From positions 36,133 through 100,132 of the forward strand of contig JBHGNT010000083.1 in NCBI GenBank assembly GCA_043228905.1: 64,000 nucleotides of DNA. Reading direction: 5' to 3'. Numbering within the stretch: position 1 is the first letter of the stretch; every line of letters starts with the position of its first letter. The notes beneath the pieces were generated by a model. That model did no database searches and was not told the DNA's origin. It worked only from the letters and a program-made list of their open reading frames with translations. This DNA is from Azolla caroliniana. Lineage: Eukaryota > Plantae > Polypodiophyta. The translations under genes and the position numbers were made by a program. Shown piece by piece: positions 62,431 through 64,000 of the stretch.

Positions 62431-63502
62431 TCAAGGAATGAAGATGTTGTCCTTACACTTGCATCTCCATGTCTCGGGGTAGTATTCCATGAGACCATAT
62501 TTACCCCGTCGGTCTATATGGTTCACGCGAACTGCCCCTTCTATTGGGGCATGACGCATGTGAACGTACACGACATGGTCCATTGGGGCACCATGACTTG
62601 TGGCCCCTTCCGCGACATTTGCATGCCCCATGCGAATGTGTTCTATGGGGATGCGCACCGCCATGCACGGTACGCATTTGCCACATCGTCCGACACAGTT
62701 GGGCGGGTTCGAACCCGGACGGCGTACCACAGTTGAAGTGAGCGAAAATGGCTTGTTAATGCTTGGGGTCGACGTCGAAGATGACCCTTGGAGTCTCTCT
62801 GATACCATCATATAACAAGTTAAGGGGAAATTACTAAAACATGCTTATGTATGCATTAGAATTCCAAAAACTATTGTCAAAATTAATCATCCATCCATCC
62901 ATCCATCCATCCATAGTGTGTAATAATGCCTTGTCTAAGTATAATAGGTGATGCTCCTTAGAAGTTAGCATATTGTCACATGAAATAGTGGCATTAATTA
63001 GCATATAGTTTTAAGCAAAGAAAACTCAAATTACTAGCAATTATACTAGACCAGCACATGAATTACAGTTTAACAATGCCTACAAATCAGCAAATTAAGG
63101 TTTGGTATTGTTAAGAAAGGAAACAAAGTTACTGGACCCAGGGTAAACATGCAGTCGGAGCTTCGAATGAGAGAGTAAATCACAAGCATTGCGAATTAAT
63201 GGAATTATGCGGCACACTAGTAATTAAACAATATCAAGATAAGTGAATTAGAATGCCCAGAATGCTGATAATTAGAGGGCAATGAACACCTTTTCTTTAC
63301 AAAGACTGAAAACTTCTTCATGTACATGATCTATGAGTATGTATTATTAATGTATAATTTATTTATGTATGTGATGTGCACATGATGAGGGATACTAACC
63401 AGCATTACAGGAAATAGCTTGTGGGAATATGATGAGATTGATGAAGAAGAATAATAAAATATCATATATTATGATTGTACTTGACAATAGAAGATTACAC
63501 AT
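62431..63502 (-). CDS. EPFL: EPF/EPFL-family cysteine-rich peptide precursor (EPFL4/5/6-like C-terminus); exons 63502-63400 and 62798-62431
   Basis: PGSNPPNCVGRCGKCVPC.AV.IP....EYYPETWRCKCKDNIFIP six-Cys pattern. The upstream exon encodes a signal peptide (MCNLLLSSTIIIYDILLFFFINLIIFPQAISCNA) and joins in phase 1 via GT-AG. A small middle exon cannot be excluded. Confidence 0.88.
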
Positions 63503-64000
63503 ATTTGATCCATATATTCCTAGAATATATTGTTCTGGTAACTTGTAACTAACATTAACATCACTCTTCTTCTTCTTCTTCCTCCTCCTCCTCCTCTCCT
63601 AGGAGTGACCCTAATACAATAATAGATAATAAATAAAACTATGTCTATAGACACATATACATACATACACATATTAGTTGTTCATTTGCCTACCATATTT
63701 TCTCAATCATTTTAGTCATGTATACTGTACAATACATACATTGGTTTCCATATACACTTTTATTGTTATTGTCATAATGATACTTCCATTCCATTACATG
63801 ATCTTTACATCATGATAGTTACTGTGTACATGTATATAATCTATGTGAACAACACAATATTTGTTCCGTACGTATCTCATATCGTGCACACTGCACTGCC
63901 TACAAGTATGTCGTCAACACAACTTCGTGGAATTATACTACTACCCCGCAAAATACATGGACATGTCTTTACTTATCTGAGTATCTCTGCGTTGATACCA

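Noticed and set aside
62795-62807. TGGTATCAGAG PBS-like motif on the minus strand
   Set aside because: It coincides with the EPFL splice acceptor and has no adjacent LTR.

Overview
AT-rich land-plant nuclear DNA with spliceosomal introns, microsatellites and TEs. A fern is likely (inferred from the psbD-fragment N-terminus, the amidase-like gene and gene style). I read seven protein-coding genes: an intronless SUVH-type H3K9 methyltransferase (-); an RBM34/Nop12-like two-RRM protein (-); a bacterial-type GAF protein resembling free methionine-R-sulfoxide reductase, fRMsr/MsrC (+); an OTU4-like deubiquitinase (+); a 13-exon gene, largely missed by the ORF track, whose spliced product carries the Zn-amidase motifs of peptidoglycan N-acetylmuramoyl-L-alanine amidases (+); a Lilium/ACHT-type WCGSC thioredoxin (-); and an EPFL peptide precursor (-). 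The interval 15.2-36.5 kb is an old tandem duplication. Its two copies independently gained hAT MITEs, 5'-truncated LINEs and a nested Copia complex containing a plastid psbD fragment, and only one copy carries the GAF coding sequence. The two strongest leads are the apparently horizontally acquired, domesticated fRMsr-like gene and the candidate plastid-peptidoglycan amidase. All exon models were assembled by eye and no database search was run.
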